64,000 nt of DNA from Octopus sinensis (GCF_006345805.1 NC_043002.1:112158001-112222000); one strand, 5' to 3'. Shown: positions 1 to 13,105, counted from the first letter of the stretch. The notes: generated by a model from the letters alone, not told the origin. Program-made: numbers and translations.

Positions 1-23
1 GTAATTGACTTCCCCTTTAAATG

Positions 24-405
24 TGGAAGCACTCCGTCGGTAACGACGATGAGGGTTCCGGTTGATCCGATCAACGGAACAGCCTGCTCGTGAAATTAAC
101 GTGTAAGTGGCTGAGCACTCCACAGACACGTGTACCCTTAACATAGTTCTCGGGGATATTCAGCGTGACACAGAGAGTGACAAGGCCGGCCCTTTGAAAT
201 ACAGGTACATCAGAAACAGGAAGTAAGAGTGAGAGAAAGTTGTGGTGAAAGAGTACAGCAGGGATCACCACCATCCCCTGCCGGAGCCTCGTGGAGCTTT
301 AGGTGTTTTCGCTCAATAAACACTCAAAACGCCCGGTCTGGGAATCGAAACCGCGATCCTATGACCGTGAGTCCGCTGCCCTAACCACTGGGCCATTGCG
401 CCTCC
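24..405 (-). mobile_element. tRNA-derived SINE, family A (head GGAGGCGCAATGGCCCAGTGG, tail GTAACCGACGGAGTGCTTCCA), full length
   Basis: A box TGGCCCAGTGG and B box GGTTTCGATTCC on the minus strand; TSD CCCCTTTAAAT at 12-22 and 406-416; near-identical to 8 other copies in the window. Confidence 0.93.
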
Positions 406-1190
406 CCCCTTTAAATAATTGCACTATAAAGTGATATCGTATCATTAATTAAAGACTCTAAGCTGTATTCACAGAAGACTTAATTTGTATAAATTCCACA
501 TTCTTGTCACCTTCCTACATGACTAAAAATCACCTACATCCCCTTAAGTATATAACGGCTTGGGCATTTCCGTGTTGTTCTTTCAGTTATTCTATTCACA
601 AAATATCTCACGATCTTAATTCAACTCCCTAATTAATACTTCATCTTCAGAAAGGGCGGCGATCTTGTCGAATCGTTCGCACGTCGATGTAACGGACTTA
701 GCTCCACCCTCAAAATTGATGCCCTCGTGCCAAAATTTGGAACCGATGTTTCTTTTTCATGCGTTTTTATAATAAAGACGCATCCTCTTGTAAATGTCGA
801 TTTTACCAAACAAAATACTCTTTCACTCAACATAAGTGGGGCATTGAGTGCCTTCTATACGTCAATGATTATATCTGTTTCCACTTCCAGATTTTTATCG
901 TTATACACACATATAAAAACACACAGACACGCACGCACAGACAAGCACACACATATACACACTCTGTATGTACACCCTACTTAAATATTTATTGTCAATT
1001 TATGTTGTGTGTGTGTGCTGACTGTGTATGTGATATCTACTCTGTGTATTCTCAGCGTATATCCATCTATGCATCACTGTCGATGTACTTATTGCTTTTG
1101 TGCGTACACACTATGTGTGTGTGCTCACGTGTACACACACACACACACATATGGAGAGAGAGTGAAAGAGACTGACAGACAGAGAGTGAG

Positions 1191-1392
<202 letters not shown>

Positions 1393-2313
1393 GTCAAATA
1401 TACAAACACATGATTATATTAACAGATTGTGTGTGCTTGTATTTTCATGTATCTGTATGTATGACTACGTTTACGTGCATGTCTGTTTCTGTGTATGCGT
1501 ACGTATGTGTATGTGTCTGTCTGTCTGTGTATTTGTGTACATGTATGTATGTATGTATGTCGGCACTCGTATATGTATGCATGTAAGTATCTATGTATGT
1601 ATATATATGTATGTGGTTGTGTGTATGCTTGTATGCGTGTATTATACATATTTAACTTCTAAATATTGAAATTAGTTTTATATAGGCCAATTGATATCAA
1701 TTATTAAAATAAGGCGTATTTAGTTTGGCTTATTTCTGACTTTAATCTAATAGTTTCATGATGAATTTTCGTTTTATTCAGCACATGATCAGAAAGGTTT
1801 GTTTTTAATTAATTTTCATCTCTTTTTCTTTGTTTCAGATGCAAGGAATTTTTTTCCAGATATTTAATTAAAATATAAAATAAATAGACTGCCAGTTATA
1901 ATTTGTGCATTTCTATATGAAGTTGTTTGACGTCTAATGTGGTTAATATGATATCTATATATTTTTTATATGAAAACATTTATCAATTATACTTGTTATT
2001 AATTAAAAGTAATGCAACATTGACTGCTATGTGTTGCGCTCGAAAGTCTTTCATTACTACCAACATTCTTTCAACGTTGTTATTGTTTCTAGCTAACAGA
2101 ATTGTTATATATAGCGATAAAGGAAAAAAAGCACTGATACACCCTGGCCAATAATTTTTATAGCTTTTTATCTCCTACTTTCGTCTTTTGCGCTCAACCC
2201 TCATCGGAGTCAACTTATATTTTATCATCATTTGATAAGTGAAATAAGGTTTACATTAGTATGAGGGTTTGTTTCAGTCGGTTTCTCACTGTTCTCTACA
2301 AATGTGTAGGTTC

Positions 2314-2695
2314 GGAAGCACTCCGTCGGTTACGACGACGAGGGTTCCGGTTGATCCGATCAACGGAACAGCCTGCTCGTGAAATTAACGTGTAAGTGGC
2401 TGAGCACTCCACAGACACGTGTACCCTTAACGTAGTTCTCGGGGATATTCAGCGTGACACAGAGAGTGACAAGGCCGGCCCTTTGAAATACAGGTACATC
2501 AGAAACAGGAAGTAAGAGTGAGAGAAAGTTGTGGTGAAAGAGTACAGCAGGGATCACCACCATCCCCTGCCGGAGCCTCGGGGAGCTTTTAGGTGTTTTC
2601 GCTCAATAAACACTCACAACGCCCGGTCTGGGAATCGAAACCGCGATCCTATGACCGCGAGTCCGCTGCCCTAACCACTGGGCCATTGCGCCTCC
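2314..2695 (-). mobile_element. SINE family A, full length
   Basis: family consensus; TSD GTGTAGGTT at 2304-2312 and 2698-2706. Confidence 0.93.
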
Positions 2696-2955
2696 ACGTG
2701 TAGGTTTACATTTTTATTAGCGAAAAAAGTAGCAGTAAATAACAGCACGTGTATAAAAACCATGTACAGCTTTGTATGGATTTGTGTAAAAATGTGTAAG
2801 AATAAGTATGATTTGGTGTTTAAACCAAAATGATAAGCGGAGAAGTTCCTTAAGATCGACAAGTTTGACTAGGCAGATATATACGAGTGGGATATGTGTG
2901 TACATATATGTGTGCGCCTATGTGTTTGTGTGTGTAAACATATATATATATATAT

Positions 2956-3215
2956 TTAATGTAGGATAAAATTTTTCGAAAAAAATTTTATCAATGGTCA
3001 GCATATTAAAAAATACCTTTAAAGGTTAGAATTATAAACAACTTATAAATAAGGGCAAATGAAAAATTTCTAATGCCAAATATGCCGAAAATTGGACATA
3101 TTGTCCATTACCATATAATTTTGGTAAAAAATTGTGAAAAATTATATGGTAATGGACAATATGTCCAATTTTCGGCATATTTGGCATTAGAAACTTTTTC
3201 GTTCGCCCTTGTTGG
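2956..3215. mobile_element. (TA)n-flanked fold-back module, same family as 14030-14445
   Basis: inverted arms 3051-3122 and 3138-3210 around a 15-nt loop; 2960-3120 is homologous to 14035-14190 and 19575-19735. Confidence 0.75.
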
Positions 3216-3272
<57 letters not shown>

Positions 3273-3709
3273 TATATACACATCATATATATATATACAC
3301 ATATATATTTACATATACATATATTTGTGTATATGTACATACAGGCACACACACAATCAGTGTGTGTGTGTGTGAGCGTGTGTGTTTGTGCGAGCGTGTG
3401 TGTGTTTGTGCGTGCGTGTGTGTGATCGTGGATTCGATTCTCAGACCAGCTGCATGTTGTGTTCTTGGGCAACACACTTCATTTCACGTTGCTCCAATCC
3501 ACTCAACTGTAAATAGACAGGTAACCTTGCAGCGGATTAACTTTCCAATAGGGAGGGGTTGCATTTTGCGTCGTTCTAGCTTTCGAACGATGCCATCCTA
3601 CAAGCTAGGCGAGCAGTACAATATTCTTCCTGATCGGAAGGTCAGTTCGTCGCAAGGTCATCTGCTTACTGTTGAGTGGACTATAGCAACGGGAAATGAA
3701 GTGAAATGA

Positions 3710-3880
3710 AGGCCTGAAATTACATCGCTTCCAGTGCTTGACTGGTATTTGTTTTATCGACCCTGAAAGAATCAAAGTTAAAATCGACCTCGGAGGCATA
3801 TTGAACTCAGAACGTAAAGTTGAACGAAATTCCACTAAGCATTATGTCCAGCACAGTAACGATTCTGCCAGCTCACCGCC
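3710..3880 (-). mobile_element. SINE family C, degenerate copy
   Basis: TTGAACTCAGAACGT and GATTCTGCCAGCTCACCGCC match the family C head. Confidence 0.75.
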
Positions 3881-3889
3881 ATAGAAAGA

Positions 3890-4460
3890 AATATTGAAAA
3901 CGGATCTTAACATAAATTGAGGATGTGCAACCAGCACAATGAGATATTTGGCAACTCCGTCTCCGATTGCCCAGTCTTTGTCAAATTTGAATATATACAC
4001 AGGCATGCGTATATACACAAGTATGAAGCTTTGGCAATATGTCAACATTTCGATGTGGAACCGAATAAGAAGTGGTACAAATATGTAGCTAACGCGGTGC
4101 ATGACAACGTCCTAGATAGAATAATCTACGATATGCCTGCCTGCCCAGAATGACAATGAGATGAAAGGGAAATGTCCAAAGTGGAAAACAAACGCATGCT
4201 TGCTGATAAGCATCACACTCCACTCTCACATAAATATTGTTGGAAAAGCAATGAGAAAACTATCAAAATAGAAAGACCTTGAATTTGAAACATTCAAGAT
4301 GTTGGGCATGTAAGTGAAATCAATATCAATAGTAATTGAACCACTGGTTATAATTTTAAAAAAATAAAAGAAACGCACCAGGTCTACAGCTAATGGCAGG
4401 TCTACAGTGCCCAAAAATAGCTCTGCTAGAGCAACCCACATCTCGCAGAAGAAACTACCA
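3890..4460 (+). pseudogene. R4/Dong-like non-LTR retrotransposon 3' remnant (CCHC knuckle plus restriction-like endonuclease)
   Basis: RMCNQHNEIFGNSVSDCPVFVKFEYIHRH resembles CRxC..E..H..SxCP.LA..EY..RH; ICQHF..KKWYKY..IIYDMP; downstream frame reads KLSK*KDLEFETFKMLGM; stops and frameshifts. Confidence 0.65.
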
Positions 4461-4687
4461 ATTCAATAGAGTAGTTCACGATTTAATAGAAAGGTTCAAA
4501 TAGAATCATCTTCGCTCACAACACCTATTCTATACAACAAACAACTAGTAATTTAAAACGACACAGCTCGCGCAACAGATACTCTACATGATAAAATAAC
4601 GCAACTCGCGTTACACACCATGCGCAACAGAACAATCGTCAATATTTTTTTTTAATGCTTAATATAACAAGAAACTAAACCGCATAG

Positions 4688-5068
4688 TGGAAGCACTCCG
4701 TCGGTTACGACGACGAGGGTTCCGGTTGATCCGATCAACGGAACAGACTGCTCGTGAAATTAACGTGTAAGTGACTGAGCACTCCACAGACACGTGTACG
4801 CTTAACGTAGTTCTCGGGGATATTCGGCGTGACACAGAGAGTGACAAGGCCGGCCCTTTGAAATACAGGTACAAGAGAAACAGGAAGTAAGAGTGAGAGA
4901 AAGTTGTGGTGAAAGAGTACAGCAGGGATCACCACCATCGCTGCCGGAGCCTCGTGGAGCTTTAGGTGTTTTCGCTCAATAAACACTCACAACGCTCGGT
5001 CTGGGAATCGAAACCGCGATCCTACGACCGCGAGTCCGCTGCCCTAACCACTGGGTCATTGCGCCTCC
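4688..5068 (-). mobile_element. SINE family A, full length
   Basis: TSD ACTAAACCGCATA at 4674-4686 and 5071-5083. Confidence 0.93.
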
Positions 5069-7432
5069 ACACTAAACCGCATAACGAACGTGTTTTGTTT
5101 ATCTTTTTTTTTCTCTTAAAGCAACTTTGACTTAAAAGTAAAGTGGATTTATATCGCTGGTTGTCGGGATGTAACAGATGGGCTTATATAATCCCCAAAC
5201 CCCAACAAAAATACGAGCAAAAGCTGCACACGTTTCAGGAACACGGAAGTGCATCAAGTGGTGCAGTAAAAACTCATATGAAACTACCAAAGAAATAATA
5301 ATAATAATGGTTTCCGGTCGCAATTTTGAGGGATGGGAGGGTGTTTAGTCGGTTGTCGATACCATCAACCCACCACCTGACTGGTATTTTACTTTGTCGA
5401 CACCTAAAGAATGAAAAGAAAGGTTTACTTCGGTTGAACTGGAATTCAGAGTGTAGAGTCGTAACAAATACCGAAAAGCATTTTGTCCGATGATCTTATG
5501 ATTCGGTTAATAATATATGTGAATATATTCATGTGTATATGTATGTTTGGACACAGGTAAAAGCAATGCCCATATACACGTTTAGACACGTAATTATATC
5601 CTCACACAAGTCAACGAGAGAAACTCGAAATAGCAACCGCATTTCCTTCAAATCATTCATCTCTCTAATTTAATGAGCGACGCATTAAATTCCCTACAAA
5701 GACGGAATGGTTACGGCTGGAATGCATTTTATCATATTAATGAGCGATCACAGTTCATCAACAACCTCATCGATTCCATCAATTTGTATCGATATACTGT
5801 AATCTGCTTTACCGTGACAAATGAAAGCCCTGAAGTGCAACATTTAAATTTCTAAATTTTCAAAGGTGCAAGTCAACAGCAATGCAATTACAAGATAGAA
5901 CCCTCTTTCTTATCTAAATTGGCTTTCTAATTATCAATCAATGAATATTTATTTATTTCAGAGATGTATCATAAACAGTCAAATTATCTTTTACTCTCAG
6001 ATGCATCTACCAGTGGTCGTTATGCTCTATTTACCTTAGTAATGTACCCCTCAAAACTATAATCATCGTAGACTTCGAGCTCAAAAATATAATTCGAAAA
6101 AGATTTTTCATAAATTATACAATACAGTGCCTTTGCTCTATAGCGTCTGTCAACTACCATGACCACGGTAACTGAGCATGGTCGTTGGTAGGATACGAAC
6201 TAACACCTCTTCGTTCTGTTGCTAGATTATTTATTGATTTCGCGATTTTCACTCTGCTATAGAAAAATGCACCAAATGAGATTGAGATCCAAAGCCCTGA
6301 TTTTAACTTTAAATCCATTTATCGTGTTTTGTTTATCTTTTTTTTTCTCTTAAAGCAACTTTGACTTAAAAGTAAAGTGGATTTATATCGCTGGTTGTCG
6401 GGATGTAACAGATGGGCTTATCGAATCATATCTTCATAGAGATGAGATAGATAGATTGGGGGGAAATAGAAACAGGAAAGAAGAGCAAGAGAAGAAAAAG
6501 AGAGAAACAAAATGAGAGAGCGCTGAGAGAGAGAACGACATATACACAGGGAGAAAGATAGAAAGATATATATATATATACACAAGAGGAGAGAAAGAGA
6601 GAAAAAGAGGGAGGTAGAACGATTTATTATAGACACAGATCGGATCAGCAAGCAAATAGCTGATGGCTTACTAGTTCTAACGATATTATAAGAAAGAAAC
6701 AAACAATACATTTCTATGTATTTACTCCGCATGTTTCTCGTATAATTACCATAATTGTGTTTTGTCAAATATTACAGAACCTTATACAATACTTGAGGCA
6801 AGAAGATAACCGTGAGGATGAGGTATTGAATTACCTTCTATGAGGTCATGTATTCAAATTCTCTTTTATGGTTTGGTTGTGTTATGAATCAGCACACTTC
6901 ATTCTACATCGTGTCAGCTCACAAAGCTATAAGGAAGAGGTAGATGACTATTTGCCCCAAGATCACTATCTCAGTTTCTCTTTTATAATTGAACTTTGAC
7001 TTTGGTTCGAATGCCAGACTGCAACATACAGTCTATTTTGTATTAAACACATCGGGATATCCAGAAGATAGACATATTTCTCGACCTTAAAGAATTCGCG
7101 CCTCTGTGTTCACAGAAGCTGTTTAAATATTCCAGAAAACTAGCAATTTCTGTACGATGCCAAGTCTGAGTGCGATGCTATCACTAACACCATTGAGTAT
7201 AAGTCATCCATCGAGTCGAGTCAGAAACAAGTTTCCTCCACTTAGGCTAATATGAAAGCCAAAATAAATTAATACAGATAAAAGTTCAATTCACAGAGGA
7301 GCAATCTCATTTCTTCTATTTATCGCGCATATCATTGTCGATAACCAGATCCTACAAAAAGCGTTTGCTCTGGATAAACTTATTTGAAGAACAATCCTTT
7401 TTTGGCAGTTGAATGAGCAATTATTGTTTAAC

Positions 7433-7843
7433 AGGCGCAGGAGTGGCTGTGTGGTAAGTAGCTTGCTAACCAACCACATGGTTCTAGGTTCAGTCCCACT
7501 GCATGGCATCTTGGGCAAGTGTCTTCTGCTATAGCCCCGGGCCGACTAATGCCTTGTGAGTGGATTTGGTAGACGGAAACTGAAAGAAGCCTGTCGTATA
7601 TATATATATATATGTATATATGTGTATGTGTGTGTGTGTTTGTCCCCCTAGCATTGCTTGACAACCGATGTGGGTGTGTTTATGTCCCCGTCACTTAGCG
7701 GTTCGGCAAAAGAGACCGATAGAATAAGTACTGGGCTTACAAAGAATAAGCCCCGGGGTCGATTTGCTCAACTAAAGGCGGTGCTGCAGCATGGCCACAG
7801 TCAAATGACTGAAACAAGTAAAAGAGTAAAAGAGTAAAAGAGA
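7433..7843 (+). mobile_element. tRNA-derived SINE, family B (head AGGCGCAGGAGTGGCTGTGTGG, CORE-like CTTGGGCAAGTG, internal (TA)/(TG) microsatellite, (GTAAAAGA)n tail)
   Basis: A box TGGCTGTGTGG, B-box-like GGTTCAGTCC; more than 10 copies in the window. Confidence 0.9.
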
Positions 7844-8041
7844 GACATTTTCACTACATTCAAGAGTTGGATTCAATGACGAAATATGATAGCAGCTATA
7901 TTTCTAAAATTCATCAATCTAAGATCAAAGTTTTCAACACTCAAAAGAATTATTAATATTTTCTGAAATGCCACCACAACTCGAGAAAACTCATTTATAA
8001 ACCGTATGTCGATACAAGAAAAGATTATTATTATCACCATA

Positions 8042-9330
8042 AAGGCGGCGAGCTGGCAGAATCGTTAGCACGCCGGGCGAAATGCTTATCGTTACTTCGT
8101 CTGCTGCTACTTTCTGAGTTCAAATTCCGCCAAGGTCGACTTTACTTTTCATCCTTTCGAGGTCGATAAATTAAGTACCAGTGAAACACTGGGTCGATGT
8201 AATCGACTAGTCCCCTCCCACAAAATTTCAAGCCCTTGTGCCTTCAGTAGAAAGGATTACTATTCTTCTCTACTCTAGGCACAAGGTCCGAAATTTGAGG
8301 GGAGAGAGCCAGTCGATTAGATCAACCCCAGTACGCAACAGGTATTTAATTTCACGCCGTTGAAAGGATGAAAGGCAAGGTCGACTTCGGCGTAATTTGA
8401 ACTCAGAACGTAAAGAGAGACGAAATTCCGCTAAGCATTTCGGCCGGCGTGCTAACGATTCTGCCAGCTCTCCGCTTTAATAGAAAGGATTATTATCATC
8501 GTAAAGTCGACGAGCTGGCAGAATCGTTAGCACGCCAGGTAAAATACTTAGCGGTATTTCGTCTGCCGTTACGTTCTGAGTTCAAATCCCGCCGAGGTCG
8601 ACTTTACCTTTCATCCTTTCGGGGTCGATAAATTAAGTACCAGTTAAGCACTGGGGTCGATGTAATCGACTTAATCCGTTTGTGTGTTCGTGTTTGTCTC
8701 TATGTTTAGCCCCTTGTGGGTAATAATGAAATAGGTATTTCGTCTGCCGCTACATTCTGAGTTCATATTCCGCTGAGGTCGACTTTGCCTTTTATCTTTC
8801 TGGGTCGATAAAATAAGTACCTGTGAAACAATGGGTCGATGTAATCGACTCATCCCCTCCTCCTAAGTTTCTTTCCTTGTCGCAAAATTTGAAACCGTTA
8901 TTATTATCACCATAAAGGGGGTGAGCTGGTAGAATTGTTGGACGCCGGGCAAAATGCTTGGCGGCATTCCGTCTGTCTTTACATCTTGCTAAGCTCGACG
9001 TTAACTTTCATCCTTTCAGAGTCGATAAATTAAGTACCAGTCGACCATTTGTGCCCATAATAGATAGGATTATTATTATCGTAATCAAGGCGGAGAACGG
9101 AAGAATAGTTAGCGCATCGAAGAACATGCTTGGCGGCATTTCTTCGGGGTTTTATCGCTCTGAGTTCAACTTCCACCGGGGCCAACTCCCGCCGCAGTCA
9201 ACTTCAGCCGGGATCAAATTTTATCTTTTTGCTATCGATAAAATTATGTACCAGTGAAGTTCTGAAGTCGATGTAACCGATTATTCCCATCCCCCGAAGG
9301 TTGCTGGCCATGAGCCTAAATTAGAAAGAG
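8042..9330. mobile_element. Cluster of about 6 family C SINE copies (tRNA head AAGGCGGCGAGCTGGCAGAATCGTTAGC, MetaSINE-like core CCTTTCATCCTTTCGGGGTCGATAAATTAAGTACCAG)
   Basis: approximate copies: 8042-8270(+), 8275-8475(-), 8505-8730(+), 8733-8900(+), 8915-9070(+), 9088-9330(+); Meta-domain assignment is from memory of the motif, not a search. Confidence 0.85.
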
Positions 9331-9366
9331 TTCTAACCTTTATCGTTTATGTCATTACTATACTTA

Positions 9367-9748
9367 GGAGGCGCAATGGCCTAGTGGTTAGGGCAGCGGA
9401 CTCGCGGTCGTAGGATCGCGGTTTCGATTCCCAGACCGGGCGTTGTGAGTGTTTATTGAGAGAAAACACCTAAAGCTCCACGAGGCTCCGGCAGCGATGG
9501 TGGTGATCCCTGCTGTACTCTTTCACCACAACTTTCTCTCACTCTTACTTCCTGTTTCTGTTGTACCTGTATTTCAAAGAGCCGGCCTTGTCACTCTCTG
9601 TGTCACGCTGAATATCCCCGAGAACTACGTTAAGGGTGCACGTGTCTGTGGAGTGCTCAGCCACTTACACGTTAATTTCATGAGCAGGCTGTTTCGTTGG
9701 TGCGGATCAACCGGAACCCTCGTCGTCGTAACCGACGGAGTGCTTCCA
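9367..9748 (+). mobile_element. SINE family A, full length
   Basis: TSD ACTATACTTA at 9357-9366 and 9749-9758. Confidence 0.93.
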
Positions 9749-9807
9749 ACTATACTTAGGATTATGACTATCCACTTAATTTGTATTTTTACAATCGTTA
9801 CTATTCT

Positions 9808-10110
9808 GCGCAAGCATGGCTGTGTGGTAAAACGTTTGCTTCCCAATCACATGGCTCCTGGTTCACTCTCACTACATGGCATCTTAGGCAAGTGTCTTCT
9901 ATTATAGCCTCGAGCCGAACAAAGCCTTGTGAATGGATTTGGTAGACAGTCATATAAATATATATGTGTGTATCTTTTTGCCTGTGTTTGTACCTCACCA
10001 CCACTGGACAACGAGTTTACGTCTCCGTAACATAGCGGTTCGGCAAAACAGGGTGATTGAATAAGCACAAGATTTTTTTAAAAAACGAACTGGGGTCGAT
10101 TAGGTCGACA
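9808..10110 (+). mobile_element. SINE family B, diverged
   Basis: GGCTGTGTGGTAA, CTTAGGCAAGTGTCTTCT and AGCGGTTCGGCAAAA landmarks. Confidence 0.8.
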
Positions 10111-10214
10111 AAATTCTTTGACATGGTATAACTGAAACATGATAGAATTCTTCGACATGGTATAACTGAAACATAATAAAATTCTTCGACATGGTATAAC
10201 TGAAACATGATAAA
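10111..10214 (+). repeat. 3 x 34-bp tandem repeat
   Basis: unit AATTCTTCGACATGGTATAACTGAAACATGATA(A/G) starting at 10112, 10146 and 10180. Confidence 0.92.
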
Positions 10215-10774
10215 AGATCATTAATATTGTTGCTGGAAAAAGTGGTTTCCGCCCGTTTATGGTGTAGTGGAATAAAAAAAGCTTAAATGGGGACGTGTTA
10301 AGTATGGAGTGGTATTTATGATGAGGAAGGAAATTTGATTTTAGAATATTGAAGTACAATTTAGGTAGAGGCCTAAAAGGTAAACTGAATGTTGGTTCAA
10401 ACCATAGAGCTTCACTACAATTTTTTTTTGTATATATCCTCGGATATTTTAGGTGGGGAATATTATCCTGGAGAAGACAAGTCTTGAATTCCCCAAAACC
10501 ATCAGGAATTAGGGTGATCGCAGCAAACTGGCTGGATTGTTATTATTGTATTATACGTAGATTCCCGGCAACGCGTTGTGTCCTTGAGCAACACGCTTTA
10601 TTATTTCACGTTGCTCCAATCCATTCAGCTGGCAAAAATGAGTTGTACTTATATTTCAAAGGGCCAGCCTTGACACATTCTGTGTCACACTGACACAGAA
10701 TGTCGTTAGGGAAGTATTCGACGGAAAGCTTTCTGAAAGTGGAATTGGAAGCAATCATTATTACCTATTTCTTT

Positions 10775-10995
10775 ATTACCCACAAGTGGCTAAACATAGA
10801 GAGAACAAACAAGGACAGACAAACGGATTAAATCGATTATATTAACCCCAGTTCGTAACTGGTACTTAATTTATCGACCCCGAAAGGATGAAAGGCAAAG
10901 TCAACCTCGGCGGAATTTGAACTCAGAACGTAACGGCAGACAAAATACGGCTACGCATTTCGCCCAGCGTGCTAACATGTCTGCCAGCTCGCCAA
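10775..10995 (-). mobile_element. SINE family C, full length
   Basis: family core and head on the minus strand. Confidence 0.88.
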
Positions 10996-11405
10996 ATGAT
11001 TCACGTCGACGCCCAAGCACTACCGGCGCATGCAGTCGCCCTCACTGCATACTTCAACGTTGTTGTTATTCTTGTTGTTGTTGCTGCTTTTATCGGTGCT
11101 GCTGCAGTTACTGTTGTTGTTGTTGTCGCTGCGGTCGTTGTTTGTCTTATCAAAAGTGTGTCATTACCATTATTGTTGCTGTTGTTGTCATGCAAGCTTC
11201 AAGTGGTATGAACAGATTTTCCATCTCCCGCGTTGTGTTTCTTGGAAACGACTAAATTACAAACAACCCTACTCCTCTTCCTTCTACACGTACGCCTTCT
11301 TCCTTGCCAATTTGCTTTCTCTCTCCCTCCCTGTCTTTACCCCTCTGTCTCCCGCTCTCTCTCTCTCTCTCCCCTTCTCTCTCACTCTTTTAAGACTTTT
11401 CTTTG

Positions 11406-11600
11406 CGAGCTGGCAGAAGCTTTAGCACGCCGGGCGAAATGCGTCTGCCGCTACGTTGTGAGTTCAAATTCTGCCGAGGTCGACTTTGCCTTTCATCCTT
11501 TCGGGGTCGATAAATTAAGTACCAGTTACTCACTGGGGTAGATGTAATCAACTTTATCCCTTTGTCTGTCCTTTTTTGTCCCCTCTATGTTTAGCCCCTT
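11406..11600 (+). mobile_element. SINE family C
   Basis: GCGAGCTGGCAGAA head and core CCTTTCATCCTTTCGGGGTCGAT. Confidence 0.88.
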
Positions 11601-11889
11601 GTGGGCAATAAAGAAATATCTTTAACTTCATTCTCATGTTTCTTACTCACCACTCATCCTTCTCCTCTACCTACTTCACCTCTTCTCTGTTTCTTTCTCA
11701 CACAAACTCTCTACATCACTCTTTCCCTTTTTCATTTCTTCCATTTCTAATATACTTCTCAGTTTATAGATTTTAAACAACACTATCCTTTTCTTCCACC
11801 AATTTTGTTTCCCAATTTTCACATTTGTTTTACTCTCGCATAGCTTCACGTCTTTTAACGTTCACCTTATTCCCCTCTCTTTACCTACC

Positions 11890-12200
11890 TATACATGTAT
11901 GTATGTATGCATGTATGCATGTATGTGTGTATGCATGTATGTATGTATGTATGCATGTAGGTATGCATGCATGTATGTATGTATGTATGTATGTATGTAT
12001 GTATGCATGTATGTATGTGTATGGATGTATGTATGCATGTAGGTATGCATGTATGTATGTATGTGTATGTATGTATGCATGTAGGTATGCATGCATGCAT
12101 GTATGTATGTATGTATGTATGTATGTATGTATGTATGTATGTATGTATGTATGTATGTATGTGTGCGTGTATGTATGTATATGCATTTATGTATGTATAT
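11890..12200. repeat. (ATGT)n/(ATGC)n compound microsatellite
   Basis: direct reading. Confidence 0.97.
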
Positions 12201-12716
12201 ATCTATCTATCTCTGTACAAAGACATATCACCCATCTATACATACACACATATTGTTCAAGTGACCTGAGTAAGTGAAAATTTATCTTGGGTTATTTTGT
12301 CGAACACACTACTTCATTCTCGAGGGACAGTACATAAGGTAAATACTTGCCTTTTGTCTATACTTTACCAATCTGTTTGAGAAGATGCTGCACAGTGGAC
12401 CAAGGTTTATTAAACCTCCGTGATAAGTAAGCGACATTTTGACATCAATTCACTTTGATAGCCATTTTCCCTACTGTTTTTGATCGATACGTATCTAAAC
12501 GATCGAATTCCACGATTTTGATTTTGTTGAACTACCATTGGCAATACTGAACACTCACATAATCAGGATATAGAGTACACATGTTTTTCAACGCACGCGT
12601 TATATTTTGGCCCTTAGAGGATTTGTAAAGCATGTAATGCGGAAAATGTAGCTGGCTACCGTCCTTGCAATCCATACAATATCAGATTGAGCATATACAC
12701 ACAACTCTATAATAAA

Positions 12717-13105
12717 CTAGCATTATCGCCCGGTGTTTCTCGGGTTTGTAAGGGAAATAACTATATAAGCATTTTTAGAGATGTAAAGTATAATAGCCAT
12801 CTTAATATGGCTAACCACAAAGGGGGGGGGTGTTACTGTAGCTTTTTACGTTCTGAGATAATAAATTTTTAGAGAGTTACTTCCCTTATATATGCCAAAA
12901 ATGCATTAAAAATGTGAAAAAATGATGGTAAATTGTTTTTAAATCGTAGACTCATCGTAGACGCGCGCTAATACCCAGAAGGGCTCGATATGAATCACGA
13001 CTATAAGATACCCGCTTTTGGTTACACTGCACTGCAAAATGTGGGAGTAGTTAGGAATCTAAATCGTAGGAGACAGACACACAACTTCACTTTTATATAT
13101 AAAGA
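12717..13105 (-). mobile_element. Non-autonomous Helitron, about 390 bp
   Basis: minus strand begins TC and ends with hairpin CCCGAG(A/C)AAC(A/G)CCGGG then CTAG; inserted between A and T; four further copies. Confidence 0.85.

Noticed and set aside
71-274. Recurring ORF MVVIPAVLFHHNFLSLLLPVS.. (also 2360, 4735, 9449, 36271, 40376, 48656, 59433) looking like a gene family
   Set aside because: It lies wholly inside SINE family A copies bounded by TSDs; a chance reading frame.
9367-9445. tRNA-like sequences with A and B boxes
   Set aside because: They are SINE heads continuous with SINE bodies; no proper acceptor stem closes, so they are not called as tRNA genes.
10111-10214. CRISPR-like 34-bp repeats
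   Set aside because: The units are contiguous with no spacers, no cas genes are present and the context is eukaryotic.
11825-12277. Long low-complexity ORFs (MYVC, YIYI, poly-D/H/N/M), here and throughout
   Set aside because: They are translations of di-, tri- and tetranucleotide microsatellites that lack stop codons.
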